A stretch of 64,000 nucleotides of DNA. Origin: Fibrobacteria bacterium (GTDB taxonomy: Bacteria; Fibrobacterota; Chitinivibrionia; Chitinivibrionales; FEN-1185). Positions 40,033 through 50,905 of the stretch are shown here, one piece after another. Location: positions 45,002-109,001 of the forward strand of contig JBBIGR010000011.1 of the NCBI GenBank assembly GCA_037447435.1, written 5' to 3'. Numbering within the stretch: the first letter of the stretch is position 1; every line of letters starts with the position of its first letter. The translations under genes were made by a program, and so were the position numbers. Below the pieces are notes generated by a model. That model saw only the letters and a list, made by a program, of their open reading frames with translations. It had not been told where the DNA came from and made no database searches.

Positions 40033-41412
40033 ATGGCAGGGTTTAAAAAAAATATTCTTTGTATCGGTGCTGGATATGTCGGCGGGCCGACAATGGCTGT
40101 TATAGCAGCCAAATGCCCGGATTACAAAGTTACTGTTGTCGATATTAACGCTGAACGTATCGAGGCATGGAAAAGTGACAACCTGCCGATTTATGAACCC
40201 GGGCTTCTTGATGTTGTTAAAACCGCAAGGGAAAGAAATTTGTTTTTTTCCACAGATGTCGATTCGGAAATAAAATCTGCGGATATAATATTCGTATCGG
40301 TAAATACCCCGACCAAAACGTTTGGCGAAGGCTATGGCAAGGCCGCGGATTTGCAATATTGGGAAAAAACAGCGAGAAACATTGTAAAAAACTCAACATC
40401 AAATAAATTAATTGTTGAAAAAAGTACTTTGCCCGTTAGAACCGCGGACGCGATGGAACGCATTTTAAATGCAAATGATAAAGGAATTCATTTCGAAGTC
40501 GCATCTAATCCCGAGTTTCTAGCAGAAGGGACCGCTGTTTGTGACCTGCTAAATCCTGATAGAGTTCTCATCGGAACTCATGAAACGGAAACAGGACTTT
40601 TAGCAAGAAAAGAACTCGTTGAATTATATGCCCATTGGGTTGATCGTTCAAAAATCCTTACAAGCAATGTTTGGAGTGCGGAATTATCAAAATTAACTGC
40701 GAATGCATTTTTAGCTCAGAGAATATCTTCTATCAACAGTATTGCGGCCTTATGCGAAAAAACCGAAGCAAATGTTTCCGAAGTGGCTTTTGCCATAGGA
40801 AAAGACACGAGGATCGGATCGAGGTTTTTAAGCGCCAGTGTCGGATTCGGCGGCTCTTGTTTTAAAAAAGATATTCTCAATTTAGTTTATCTGTGCGAGC
40901 ATTATGGCCTCACCGAAGTAGCCCTTTATTGGGAAAATGTTGTGAAAATTAACGATTATCAAATGAAACGATTTGTCCGGACAATGTTGCATTCAATGTT
41001 CAACACCATTGCGAAAAAAAGAATCGCTTTATTCGGATTTGCGTTTAAAGCCGATACCGGAGATACACGAGAATCGCCGGCAATTTATGTCGCAAAACAG
41101 CTATTGGATGAACAAGCGCATTTGGTAATCACCGATCCAAAGGCAATTGAAAATGCCAAACATGATTTGCATGGAGTAAAAGGAACCATCGAATATGATT
41201 TAAATCCGTATGCTGCTGCAAAAGGCGCTCATGCCATAGCTGTTCTTACCGAATGGAAAGAATTTACCGAGCTTGATTTTGAAAAAATCTATGCAAGTAT
41301 GGAAAAACCCGCATTTATTTTTGATGGAAGGAATATACTGGATCATCAAAGGTTGTTCGATATAGGATTTAACGTTTTCCCTATTGGTAAAAAAGCATTA
41401 ACGCATTTTTAA
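40033..41412 (+). CDS. ugd: UDP-glucose 6-dehydrogenase
   Basis: [36 protein letters not shown]. Confidence 0.96.
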   Translation: MAGFKKNILCIGAGYVGGPTMAVIAAKCPDYKVTVVDINAERIEAWKSDNLPIYEPGLLDVVKTARERNLFFSTDVDSEIKSADIIFVSVNTPTKTFGEGYGKAADLQYWEKTARNIVKNSTSNKLIVEKSTLPVRTADAMERILNANDKGIHFEVASNPEFLAEGTAVCDLLNPDRVLIGTHETETGLLARKELVELYAHWVDRSKILTSNVWSAELSKLTANAFLAQRISSINSIAALCEKTEANVSEVAFAIGKDTRIGSRFLSASVGFGGSCFKKDILNLVYLCEHYGLTEVALYWENVVKINDYQMKRFVRTMLHSMFNTIAKKRIALFGFAFKADTGDTRESPAIYVAKQLLDEQAHLVITDPKAIENAKHDLHGVKGTIEYDLNPYAAAKGAHAIAVLTEWKEFTELDFEKIYASMEKPAFIFDGRNILDHQRLFDIGFNVFPIGKKALTHF

Positions 41413-41426
41413 TTTTAAAATGAATA

Positions 41427-41468
41427 AAAAAAGAAAAAGGGCAACGATTCTTGCCCTTTTTCTTTTTT
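41427..41468. terminator. Bidirectional terminator between ugd and trpB2
   Basis: AAAAAAGAAAAAGGGCAA-loop-TTGCCCTTTTTCTTTTTT inverted repeat between convergent genes. Confidence 0.85.
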
Positions 41469-41482
41469 CTAGTGGCTGCAAA

Positions 41483-42883
41483 TTACCATTTGCCTGTTTT
41501 ATTCGCAGGTGCTTTGGGGAATACTTTTAATTCCGCCTCAGCTTTATCGATTTGCGATTGAGGCAAATCGTAATCGGACAATTGTCCGTCAAAATATTTT
41601 TGATATCCTGCTAAATCAAGCAATCCGTGACCTGAAAGAGATACTAAAAGGATTTTTTCTTTTCCTTCTTCTTTGGCCTTTTTTGCCTCCTGAATAGTGG
41701 CGGCGATAGCGTGGGATGTCTCGGGTGCAACAACATACCCTTCGGTCTGGGCCCAAAGAACTGCAGCCTTGAAACATTCTGTTTGCGGAATTGCGCGGGG
41801 CTTTAGCAACCCTTCAACGCAAGCCTGACTGACAAGCGGCGACATGCCGTGATATCGTAATCCACCGGCATGTATTGCTTCAGGTATGAAATTATGGCCA
41901 AGCGTATACATTGCCGCAAGCGGCGTCATTCCTGCAGTATCACCGGAATCATATGAAAATATACCCTTTGTCATAGAGGGGCAAGAAGTGGGTTCAACGG
42001 GAATAATTTCTATTTGCGAACCGTTTATTTTATCTGCAACAAATGGAAACGCCAAGCCGCCGAAATTGCTTCCGCCGCCGGCACACCCGATGACAACATC
42101 CGGTTTTTTTATCCCGACTTTTGCCAACTGTTTTTTTGCTTCAAGCCCCATAATTGTTTGATGAAGCAAAACAAAATTCAAACAACTTCCGATTGAATAC
42201 CTGGTTTTTCCCGTTGGATCTGAAACCGCTGCTTCAATCGCTTCGCTGATAGCCATTCCTAGACTACCGGGAGTATTGGGATCTTTGGCTAAAAATGATC
42301 GACCGGCCTGGGTCTCATTGCTCGGAGAAGCAATACATTTGCCACCCCAGGTATGCATTAAACTTTTTCTGAAAGGCTTTTGGTCGAAACTGATTCGTAC
42401 CATAAATACCTTACATTCAAGGCCGACCAGTTTGCAGGCGAAACTGAGAGCAGATCCCCATTGTCCGGCACCGGTTTCAGTTGTCAGGCGTTCCAGTCCG
42501 AATTGTTTTGAATACCATGCTTGCGGAATCGCGGTGTTTGGTTTATGGCTTCCTGCAGGTGAAACGCTTTCATCTTTATAAAATATTTTTGCCGGTGTGC
42601 CAAGGGCTTTTTCCAAAAACACTGCACGGCGTAGCGGAGTGGGCCTCCAACGATACAACATATCAATGACTTCATCCGGAATATCTATCCAGCGTTTTGT
42701 ACTATATTCCTGTTCAACAAGATTCATCGGAAAAACGGGTGCCCAACCTTCGGGAGGAACAGGCTTGCCGTCAGGCCCTAAATAGGGAAGCATCGGTGTC
42801 GGCAAATCGGCGGCAAGATTGTACCATTGCCTCGGAATATCACATTCGTCAAGATTGATTTTAACCGGTAACTCAAAACCCAT
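41483..42883 (-). CDS. trpB2: Tryptophan synthase beta chain type 2 (TrpB-like)
   Basis: WRPTPL, GSHKPNT, TETGAGQWG, GGGSNF, IHAGGLRYHG, SGHG. Confidence 0.94.
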   Translation of the reverse strand: MGFELPVKINLDECDIPRQWYNLAADLPTPMLPYLGPDGKPVPPEGWAPVFPMNLVEQEYSTKRWIDIPDEVIDMLYRWRPTPLRRAVFLEKALGTPAKIFYKDESVSPAGSHKPNTAIPQAWYSKQFGLERLTTETGAGQWGSALSFACKLVGLECKVFMVRISFDQKPFRKSLMHTWGGKCIASPSNETQAGRSFLAKDPNTPGSLGMAISEAIEAAVSDPTGKTRYSIGSCLNFVLLHQTIMGLEAKKQLAKVGIKKPDVVIGCAGGGSNFGGLAFPFVADKINGSQIEIIPVEPTSCPSMTKGIFSYDSGDTAGMTPLAAMYTLGHNFIPEAIHAGGLRYHGMSPLVSQACVEGLLKPRAIPQTECFKAAVLWAQTEGYVVAPETSHAIAATIQEAKKAKEEGKEKILLVSLSGHGLLDLAGYQKYFDGQLSDYDLPQSQIDKAEAELKVFPKAPANKTGKW

Positions 42884-43114
42884 ACCCACTCCTTGAAAAG
42901 TTTATTTGAAAATCAAATGAGTTGCCATACGGAAAAAACGTATATGGATCTTCAAGCTCTTTAAATTAATACCAGCCCAATTTCGGCTACAATAATTCGA
43001 TGAAATAAATTATCCTTTTAATACTGTTTTAATAACATATCGAGGTAAAAAACGCGTATTTTGATTTTATGCATAAGGGTTTGAATTTGGAATTCAGCAT
43101 AAGGAACAAAATTA

Positions 43115-45391
43115 ATGAAATTTGTCAGTATAATTTTAATCTTTGCCGCCCTGGTTTTTTCAAAAGAAGCTTTAAAACCCGTTCGAGTCGTCGCATCCGG
43201 TGAATCGCATGCGATGCTTTCCGCATGCGATTGTCCCGTAGAACCGGGAGGCGGATTTTCCAAACGATCGTTTCTTCTCGGCCGGGTTCGGGATACGTTT
43301 GATTTGCTGCTCGTCGATGCGGGCGGTTTTGCCGGCGGCGGCATATACGATCCGTATACTGAAGGAAGAAAAATCGATTCTTTAAGGACCATGGCAGCCA
43401 TTGTGGCAATGGGAAAAATGAAATATGATATAGCCTGCATCGGCGATGATGATTTGCAATACGGATTAGCGTGGCTGCTTTCACAGGCGAAAACGAATTC
43501 GCTAAATCTTGTTTCCGCCAATTGCTATACGTTTGATAATAAACGGGCGACCCAACCTTACTCCATTGTGAAAAAAGGTACCTATTCGATTGGAATAACC
43601 GGTGTGACAACGCAGGAATCCTTGCTGGCGCAATCCGATTCATTTGTGATTAAAGAGCCGATTAGTTCGCTTAAATCAATTTGGAATGATCTTAAAAAAC
43701 AGTCCGATTTTCAAATAATTTTGGCCCATGTCGGAGAAGCGTTAAGCAAACAAATACTGGACTCTTTTCCCGAATGCAAATTAATCGTCAATGGTCATCG
43801 AAAAAATACGACGCAGGAATATAATACGAAAAATGGCCAGGTCATGCTGCAATTCGGTTTTCAGGGAAAGTCATTGTCGTTTGCGGATATCGTTGCCGAC
43901 GGTAAAGTTCCTGCTGTCGGAAAAACAGGCTGGTATGCAATAACCCCGAATATCCCCGATGACCCGCAAATAGCAAAACTTACTCAAATTAATAAAGACA
44001 ATAAAACCGCAGACGGGAAACAGGTTTTGGATCTTTATATAATGTCCCAATGTCCGTATGGGTTGCCGGCATTAAAAGAAATGATGGGGCTTATTGATGC
44101 CTATCCATCGCTTCAGTGGAGCGTTTGGTTTATTGGATCCGTCGATTCTGCCGGGAATTTTTCCTCGCTCCATGGGCCTAAAGAAGTGAATGATGAACTT
44201 TTATGGCTGTCGGTTCAATCCTTATACCCGGATAAATGGCTTTCGTTTCTTAAAAAACGGTCCGCTACTTTGCAGATATCAACGGAATCGATACTCCGGG
44301 AAATGGGTTTGGATTTGACTAAAATCAATGATTGGAAAGCCAAAAAAGGAAATGCGGAATTACGAAAACATTACGAACGATCGATTCGTATGGCGATTTA
44401 TTCTTCACCGACGTTACTGATCAATAATACGCCGTACCAGCTGGAAATTAAAAAATTCAGATTATCTAAAACGATTTGCGAAACCATGTCGGGGCAAAAC
44501 GCCTTTTGCGATTCATTGCCCGAATGTGAAACAAATGAGGACTGTAAAATGCCGGGGAAAACCGGATACTGCAAAAGCGTCAAAGGCAAAAAAGCTTCTT
44601 GCGAATTTCACGAGGCCCCTCGGTTTGCCGTGAAAGTATTAATTCCCGATACTTCGCGTTTCCACCCCGAGATTCCGATAATGTCAAGTATTGCCGACGA
44701 ATTTCCCGGCGCACTATTCGATACGGTTCGAATCGGATCGACGGCTGGCAAATCTATGGAGAAGAAATTCGGCCCTCGTTTTTTGCCTTTTTTTGTATTT
44801 GACAAAAAAATCGAAAATACCGTGGGCTTTTCCGCTTTTTCATCGCAAATCTCATTGCTTAAATCCGGCTATATTTTTAAAGACGGTATGGTGAAGCCGT
44901 CGTATTTTTACAACAGGCAAAAAAAGCCCAATTCGTTGACGATTTTCACGGACCCATTATTTAAAGGTTCTCGCGATGCTCTGCGAATGGTCTTGGATAA
45001 AAAAGAAATCCGATCTAAAATCAATATTCAACCCATTATTTTTGAGAAACCGGACACATCGATTTCTGCCGAAGAATCGATAAGGCATGAAGAAGCATTG
45101 AGATGGCTGATGATCCAAAAAGAATTTCCGGAGAAATATTTGGAGTATCTGGTTCTGTATTGCAATAGAAAAAACATGAGCTATTGGTTCACCGATTGCC
45201 AAAAAATCGGTATTCCAGTTGACTTGTTAGTACAAAAAATTCAGCAAAATCCGAAGGAACTATTATCCTATTGGGAAGAGACAAAAAACTTTGGAATGCT
45301 TGAGCCGGTGGAAATACTTTGGGAGAACAGGGAAGTGATTGCGGTAAAAAATCCAAAGGAATTCATGGATGATTTAAAAATGATACGCTGA
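43115..45391 (+). CDS. Exported multidomain protein: UshA/5'-nucleotidase-like domain plus thioredoxin-like domains
   Basis: Signal peptide; ACDC...GGG..KR, DAGG, GDDD, AH, NGH; YIMSQCPYG and SLHG..EV; Cys-rich linker. Confidence 0.7.
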   Translation: MKFVSIILIFAALVFSKEALKPVRVVASGESHAMLSACDCPVEPGGGFSKRSFLLGRVRDTFDLLLVDAGGFAGGGIYDPYTEGRKIDSLRTMAAIVAMGKMKYDIACIGDDDLQYGLAWLLSQAKTNSLNLVSANCYTFDNKRATQPYSIVKKGTYSIGITGVTTQESLLAQSDSFVIKEPISSLKSIWNDLKKQSDFQIILAHVGEALSKQILDSFPECKLIVNGHRKNTTQEYNTKNGQVMLQFGFQGKSLSFADIVADGKVPAVGKTGWYAITPNIPDDPQIAKLTQINKDNKTADGKQVLDLYIMSQCPYGLPALKEMMGLIDAYPSLQWSVWFIGSVDSAGNFSSLHGPKEVNDELLWLSVQSLYPDKWLSFLKKRSATLQISTESILREMGLDLTKINDWKAKKGNAELRKHYERSIRMAIYSSPTLLINNTPYQLEIKKFRLSKTICETMSGQNAFCDSLPECETNEDCKMPGKTGYCKSVKGKKASCEFHEAPRFAVKVLIPDTSRFHPEIPIMSSIADEFPGALFDTVRIGSTAGKSMEKKFGPRFLPFFVFDKKIENTVGFSAFSSQISLLKSGYIFKDGMVKPSYFYNRQKKPNSLTIFTDPLFKGSRDALRMVLDKKEIRSKINIQPIIFEKPDTSISAEESIRHEEALRWLMIQKEFPEKYLEYLVLYCNRKNMSYWFTDCQKIGIPVDLLVQKIQQNPKELLSYWEETKNFGMLEPVEILWENREVIAVKNPKEFMDDLKMIR

Positions 45392-45413
45392 AAAGAGAAA
45401 AACAATGCGCCAT

Positions 45414-45444
45414 AAAGGGCTCAGTTTTTATCTCCGAGCCCTTT
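45414..45444. terminator. Hairpin between convergent genes
   Basis: AAAGGGCTC...GAGCCCTTT. Confidence 0.6.
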
Positions 45445-45454
45445 CATACATATT

Positions 45455-46699
45455 TTACGGCTGCAAATCCAAAGTCGGTGCGCATTGTTTGAATTGTTTC
45501 TCGGTAGGAAGTCCCATTCTGTCTAACAAATCAAGGAAGGGGTCCGGATCGAGTTCTTCGACATTCACCATCGTTTTAACGTCCCACACGCCTTTTGCAA
45601 TGAGGATCGCCGCCGCTGCCGGCGGGACTCCGGCCGTATAACTGATTGCCTGGGCCTCAACTTCCCGGTAACAATCCGCGTGGTCGCAAATGTTATATAT
45701 AAACATTTCGCAATCTTCGCCGTTATTTTTCCCTTTTATCCAATTGCCGATACAGGTTTTTCCCGTATAATTCGGAGCAAGCGACGAAGGATCGGGCAAC
45801 AAAGCTTTTAAAACCTTCAAGGGGACGACTTCAATGCCTTCCGCCGTTCTGATAGGTTCGTTAGAGGTGAGGCCGAGCTTGGTCAGTACGGTAAATACAT
45901 TGATATAATGGTTGCCGAAGCCCATCCAAAACCTGATACTGTTTGCATCAATATTTTTTGAAAGCGAATGCAATTCATCGTGACCGGTGAGGTAAACCGT
46001 TTGTTTCCCGACTACCGGAAAATCGTATTGTTGCTTAACGGAATGAATTTTATTCTCGACCCAGCTTCTTTCTATCCACGACCAAACCTTTTTAAACTCC
46101 CGGAAATTTATTTCGGGATCAAAATTTGTGGCAAAATATTTTCCATGGCTGCCGGCATTGACATCCATGATATCAATGGTGTCAATCATGTCGAAATGAT
46201 ATTTCGCGGCATACGCGCACCATGAGTTGACTACTCCGGGGTCGAATCCCACGCCGAGAATCGCTGTAATTCCTTTTTCCCTACAACGATCTTTTCTTTT
46301 CCATTCATAATTGCCGTACCAAGGCGGGTCTTCGCATACTTTATCGGGTTCTTCATGAATCGCAGTGTCCATATAAGCGACCCCGGCTTGAATGCAAGCC
46401 TCCAAAATAGACATATTCAAAAACGATTGCCCGAGGTTTATGACAATATCGGATTTTGTCTTTTTTATCAAATCGATAACCGCAGGAACATCCAACGCAT
46501 TGATCTGACGCGAATATATTCGTTTGTTTTGGACTTTTTTGCTTTTTTTACGCTTGATACTTTCGATGATTGCATCGCATTTTTTGATGGTTCTTGACGC
46601 AATGCAAATGTCGCCTAAAATATCATTGTTTTGAGCGCATTTGTGGGCTGCAACATGAGCCACACCTCCGGCACCAATAATAAGGACATTTTTTTTCAT
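45455..46699 (-). CDS. Carboxy(nor)spermidine dehydrogenase (saccharopine dehydrogenase family)
   Basis: IIGAGGVA, GFDPG, FATNFDPEIN, HDEL, ISYTAGVP; adjacent to nspC. Confidence 0.9.
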   Translation of the reverse strand: MKKNVLIIGAGGVAHVAAHKCAQNNDILGDICIASRTIKKCDAIIESIKRKKSKKVQNKRIYSRQINALDVPAVIDLIKKTKSDIVINLGQSFLNMSILEACIQAGVAYMDTAIHEEPDKVCEDPPWYGNYEWKRKDRCREKGITAILGVGFDPGVVNSWCAYAAKYHFDMIDTIDIMDVNAGSHGKYFATNFDPEINFREFKKVWSWIERSWVENKIHSVKQQYDFPVVGKQTVYLTGHDELHSLSKNIDANSIRFWMGFGNHYINVFTVLTKLGLTSNEPIRTAEGIEVVPLKVLKALLPDPSSLAPNYTGKTCIGNWIKGKNNGEDCEMFIYNICDHADCYREVEAQAISYTAGVPPAAAAILIAKGVWDVKTMVNVEELDPDPFLDLLDRMGLPTEKQFKQCAPTLDLQP

Positions 46700-46713
46700 A
46701 ACACCGCCTTATC

Positions 46714-47817
46714 CTATGAGAGGCTGTTTTTAAAATCAGCGTATCCGAATTTCTTTATGACTTCCACTTTTCCGTTCAATCGTTTTACCGCAATTGACGG
46801 CATTGAAACACCGTTGAACCAATTTTTTTTAACCATCGTGTATCCGCCTGCGTCGGAAAACCGTATCGTTGATCCGATTTTAAGACGATTCGGAAAAGAA
46901 TAGTTCCCAAAAATATCGCCGGCCAGACAGGATCTTCCGGCCACAAAATACTCGTATTTGCCTTTTGAGTCCGCGTCGATTTTTGCATTCAAACGATATA
47001 TCAATAAATCAAGCATATGCGCTTCGGTAGAAGCGTCGACAATGGCAATGTCTTTTTCATTATGCACAATGTCGAGGACCGTAGTCACCAATTCTGTCGA
47101 TTGGGTGATTGCAGACTCGCCGGGTTCAAGAAAAATCTGCAAATTGAACGTATTGCCGAAATCTTTTAATAATCGGCAAAAATCGTCGACCGGGAAACCA
47201 TCCTTGGTAAAGAATATCCCGCCCCCCAAGCTTATCCAATCGAGATTCTTTAAAATATGGCCGTATTTTTTAGAAATTATTGAAAGATTTTTCCTAAGGT
47301 TTCCGATTTCGTCGTTTTCGCAATTAAAATGGAACATGCAGCCATTGATTAAAGGCAATACTGATTCCAGGTCATTTAAATTTGTGACGCCAAGTCTGCT
47401 GAACCTGCGGGCAGGATCAGCCAGATCAAAATGCGAATAGCTGACATTGGGATTGATTCGAAGTCCGGTATTTTTATTTTTTAATAACGAGCGGTACCGT
47501 TTGAGTTGGGAAATCGAATTAAAAATAATCGTATCGGAATATTTTACCACTTCTTTTATTTCGGCATCCGAATATGCAACACAATAGGCATGCGTCTCTT
47601 TGCCGAATTTTTCATGACCCAGCCGTACTTCAAATAATGAACTTGATGTCGTACCGTCCATATACTTCCGCATTACATCGAAAACCGACCAGGTTGAAAA
47701 GCATTTGAGGGCCAATAATGATTTTGCGCCGGAATTATCGCGAACCTTTTTAATGATTTTAAGATTTTTTGCAAGCTTTTTTTCATCAAGAAGATAATAA
47801 GGAGTAGGTATTGTCAT
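46714..47817 (-). CDS. nspC: Carboxy(nor)spermidine decarboxylase
   Basis: LALKCFS, SRLG, HFNCE, LGGG, EPGE, SCLAGD, YTMVK..WFNG. Confidence 0.93.
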   Translation of the reverse strand: MTIPTPYYLLDEKKLAKNLKIIKKVRDNSGAKSLLALKCFSTWSVFDVMRKYMDGTTSSSLFEVRLGHEKFGKETHAYCVAYSDAEIKEVVKYSDTIIFNSISQLKRYRSLLKNKNTGLRINPNVSYSHFDLADPARRFSRLGVTNLNDLESVLPLINGCMFHFNCENDEIGNLRKNLSIISKKYGHILKNLDWISLGGGIFFTKDGFPVDDFCRLLKDFGNTFNLQIFLEPGESAITQSTELVTTVLDIVHNEKDIAIVDASTEAHMLDLLIYRLNAKIDADSKGKYEYFVAGRSCLAGDIFGNYSFPNRLKIGSTIRFSDAGGYTMVKKNWFNGVSMPSIAVKRLNGKVEVIKKFGYADFKNSLS

Positions 47818-47919
47818 TTTCAATTCTCGGCAAATAGTAATGGTACGCAAAATGAAACGCTATAAAATACATGGTCAATCCAAACAGAAGAACAGTAAAT
47901 CGTATTCTTTTTAAAAAAA

Positions 47920-49641
47920 TTAAAAAACGAAATCTGATGAAACCGGTAAATCGATTTTTTTATCTGTTTCAAAAGTAAAAGCCTTGTCGTTGTTTTTAAT
48001 GATAACCGTATTTCCCGATTTTGAGATTTCAGTATTTTTTAAACCTTCACGGTTTTTTATGACATTCATCAGGCAAATGGCTTTTTCCATTCCATCCCCT
48101 CGTTTGTAATTCCAAACTTCGTCCGGTTGGGCTAGCCGGGTACTGTCGTAAATGGAACTGTTTTCCATGTCGCCGAGCAGGGCATACACCGCATCAAATT
48201 CAAGAGCGCCGGTTCCCGCAAGACAAACGGGGTTTCGTTCAAAAGCCGCTTTTAAAAACGGTTTCCAGGGTGAATGCGACAAGTCCCTGAATGCTGAAAA
48301 AGCAAGAGCTGCCGTTTCGTTTTTATCTTTTATTGATAGGAGATATTCTATAATTTGCTCGCGGCCCAAGCTTGTGTCGATGGAAATGATTTGAGATGCA
48401 TCCCATTTTTTGCGTTCGTCGGGCAACGACGGATTTATTCTACAGAAGGCAATAAGGTCTTTTGTAACACAGTCAACATTATAACATCCGTGATGGAGAT
48501 GTTTTTGCAAGTCTTCCAAAGACGGGGGATGGTCTAAGGAGACTTTATTCGTTTTGAAGAATTCCTCGACTTCATCCAAAAGCAATCTGCTTTCCATGGG
48601 TTCCGTATAAAATTCATCTTCGTCGATTTCATGAAGCAACTGCGCTCTAGTCGTATCGCCGACTTTGAATTTGCTGTTATGCTCGTAGGAGTACACTTTT
48701 TCAGCTTCAATATATCGGGGCTTTCCGCAGCAGAGATGTGCAATTTGAAAGCATTTCTGGAGTTTGCTGTTTTGCCTGAGAAAATTTGCCAGAATTTCAA
48801 AGGTTATATCCGTGGTTAAAAACTTTGAAATTTTCATTTTGAACGTTTGATACGATTCCGGCGAAATGGTCGCATTCGGATACAAGGTATGAATAAAGCC
48901 CGTGTTATTGCTGACTATGGTTATCCGTTCATGCTGTATGGCCCGTCTTGCCTTTTCACTCAATTCAGTGCCGTTAAACCACATGTTTTTTGTGACAATG
49001 CGCCTATTATTCGTTATCACGCCGTCGTTGACATCGACAAAGTTCTGCGAATGCAAAGGAGTAGCCATTAAATAAATTTTATCCAAAGGAATCTTTGCAA
49101 TGACAAACAATGCCGCAGCATATAACGTTGCCAAAGAAACGCATTCACCCGCACCGGAGGAATAGTTGGGTTTAAATTTGAATGCCTGCATTGCTTCTAC
49201 GGTTTCTGTTTTCCAATAGGGAATCACATCGGAATTGTATTTGTCGAGACCGAAATGGCGGCGGATGTCTATGTCGAAATAATATTTGTCGCCCTCATAT
49301 CCGAACAAGGCATTGCTTTGAGATAATGCGTCTTGTGAAATGAAAGAAGAAAAGCGGGCCATTTCCTTGTCTTTGGTCGTAAGCCCCCACGTGTCCAAAT
49401 CCAAATTGAATGTAAAATGGTCCATGATGTATTGCTTTACACGCAATAGCCGGCGATAGGGGTTTTGTTTTTCCAACCCGTCGAACCAGGGATCTTCCCC
49501 CCATTTCCATAATAACGGGGACATCGCGTTGGCAAGAACCAGCGAATACAAAAGTTCCGGGAAAATAAAAACTTCCATATCCGACAAAGTAATTGCTGAG
49601 GAATATTTTTCCAATGATGCCGGATCGTCGAGATTATACAT
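47920..49641 (-). CDS. Hypothetical protein (573 aa), possible transglutaminase-like fold
   Basis: Long clean ORF with AAAGGA RBS; GECVSLA...PLHSQNF. Confidence 0.75.
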   Translation of the reverse strand: MYNLDDPASLEKYSSAITLSDMEVFIFPELLYSLVLANAMSPLLWKWGEDPWFDGLEKQNPYRRLLRVKQYIMDHFTFNLDLDTWGLTTKDKEMARFSSFISQDALSQSNALFGYEGDKYYFDIDIRRHFGLDKYNSDVIPYWKTETVEAMQAFKFKPNYSSGAGECVSLATLYAAALFVIAKIPLDKIYLMATPLHSQNFVDVNDGVITNNRRIVTKNMWFNGTELSEKARRAIQHERITIVSNNTGFIHTLYPNATISPESYQTFKMKISKFLTTDITFEILANFLRQNSKLQKCFQIAHLCCGKPRYIEAEKVYSYEHNSKFKVGDTTRAQLLHEIDEDEFYTEPMESRLLLDEVEEFFKTNKVSLDHPPSLEDLQKHLHHGCYNVDCVTKDLIAFCRINPSLPDERKKWDASQIISIDTSLGREQIIEYLLSIKDKNETAALAFSAFRDLSHSPWKPFLKAAFERNPVCLAGTGALEFDAVYALLGDMENSSIYDSTRLAQPDEVWNYKRGDGMEKAICLMNVIKNREGLKNTEISKSGNTVIIKNNDKAFTFETDKKIDLPVSSDFVF

Positions 49642-49734
49642 AGCTGTCCTTTTTTTCCGATTGTTTTGAATACTTGCAATAAAACTACTATTTTATACCG
49701 ATGCGATTGTTTAAAAAAAGGTAACAAGATAAAA

Positions 49735-50874
49735 ATGAAAATTCTTGCCGATTCGAATATCGTTTTTGCCCAGGAAGCGTTTGGCGGTTTTGGCGAAGTG
49801 ACACTGTCGAGCGGGCGTGAAATTACTAATGCGAAGCTGTCGGATACGGATATTCTTTTGGTGCGTTCGATCACAAAAGTTAACGAAGAACTGTTGCAAA
49901 ATACAAAGGTCAAATTCGTTGCAAGCGCAACCATAGGAACCGACCATATCGATCTTGCGTATTTGCGTCAAAACTGCATCGGGTTTGCCCATGCACCGGG
50001 ATCAAACGCGACCGCGGTGGCCGAATATATAGTTGCCGCGATATTGGAAATGAATCAAAGAAAAAAACTGGAAATTACCCCGGATTGCACCCTCGGCATC
50101 GTCGGTGTCGGGAATATCGGGACCAAGGTATTGTCGTACGCGCAATCGCTCGGTATGAAATGTTTATTATGCGACCCACCTAAAAAGGCGTTGACAGGAA
50201 GTGATTTTTACGTTTCGCTGGAAACGGTCTTATCGCAATCGGATATTGTCACTTTGCATGTTCCTTTGACCAAGACCGGGACCGATGCGACCTATCACAT
50301 GGTAAACAGCCATTTTCTTTGCGCAATGAAAAAAAATGCGATTCTCATCAATGCGAGCCGGGGAGACGTTATTGACGAAAGCAGTTTGATCAAAGAAAGA
50401 CCGCATTTGGGAGGGGTTGTTTTGGATGTTTTCAGCAACGAGCCGAAACCGCATTCGAATACCATTGCCGCCTGCGACCTCACGACGCCGCATATTGCCG
50501 GCTATTCATTCGACGGCAAAGTGTGCGGGACCGCAATGATTTACGAAGCGATTTGCTCGTTTTTTTTCAAAGCCAAAACCTGGAGACCGCCGAATTCGGG
50601 ATCGGCTAAAATCAATATAGTTCTTGATAACGAGGATATGTACGGAGCCTTGGCCGAGGCAGTATCCAAGGCCTATTCCATTAAAAACGACGATATGAAT
50701 TTACGGAAAATATTGGAAATAAAAACAGAGAACAGAGGTTCGTATTTCGATGAACTGAGAAAAAGTTATCCAAAACGATTGGAATTCAGCAACTATATAA
50801 TTTCCTCGCAAAAAAAGATTCAGCCGGAAATATTGCAAAAATTGATAAGCCTTGGGTTTATTATTGCAGAGTAG
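49735..50874 (+). CDS. pdxB: 4-phosphoerythronate dehydrogenase
   Basis: MKILAD.NI, LLVRSIT, SATIGTDH, GVGNIG, LHVPL, TPHIAGYS, FD.LRK.YP.R.E. Confidence 0.94.
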   Translation: MKILADSNIVFAQEAFGGFGEVTLSSGREITNAKLSDTDILLVRSITKVNEELLQNTKVKFVASATIGTDHIDLAYLRQNCIGFAHAPGSNATAVAEYIVAAILEMNQRKKLEITPDCTLGIVGVGNIGTKVLSYAQSLGMKCLLCDPPKKALTGSDFYVSLETVLSQSDIVTLHVPLTKTGTDATYHMVNSHFLCAMKKNAILINASRGDVIDESSLIKERPHLGGVVLDVFSNEPKPHSNTIAACDLTTPHIAGYSFDGKVCGTAMIYEAICSFFFKAKTWRPPNSGSAKINIVLDNEDMYGALAEAVSKAYSIKNDDMNLRKILEIKTENRGSYFDELRKSYPKRLEFSNYIISSQKKIQPEILQKLISLGFIIAE

Positions 50875-50905
50875 ATACCTTAGATCGAAGCGCCGCGGTC
50901 GGGTT

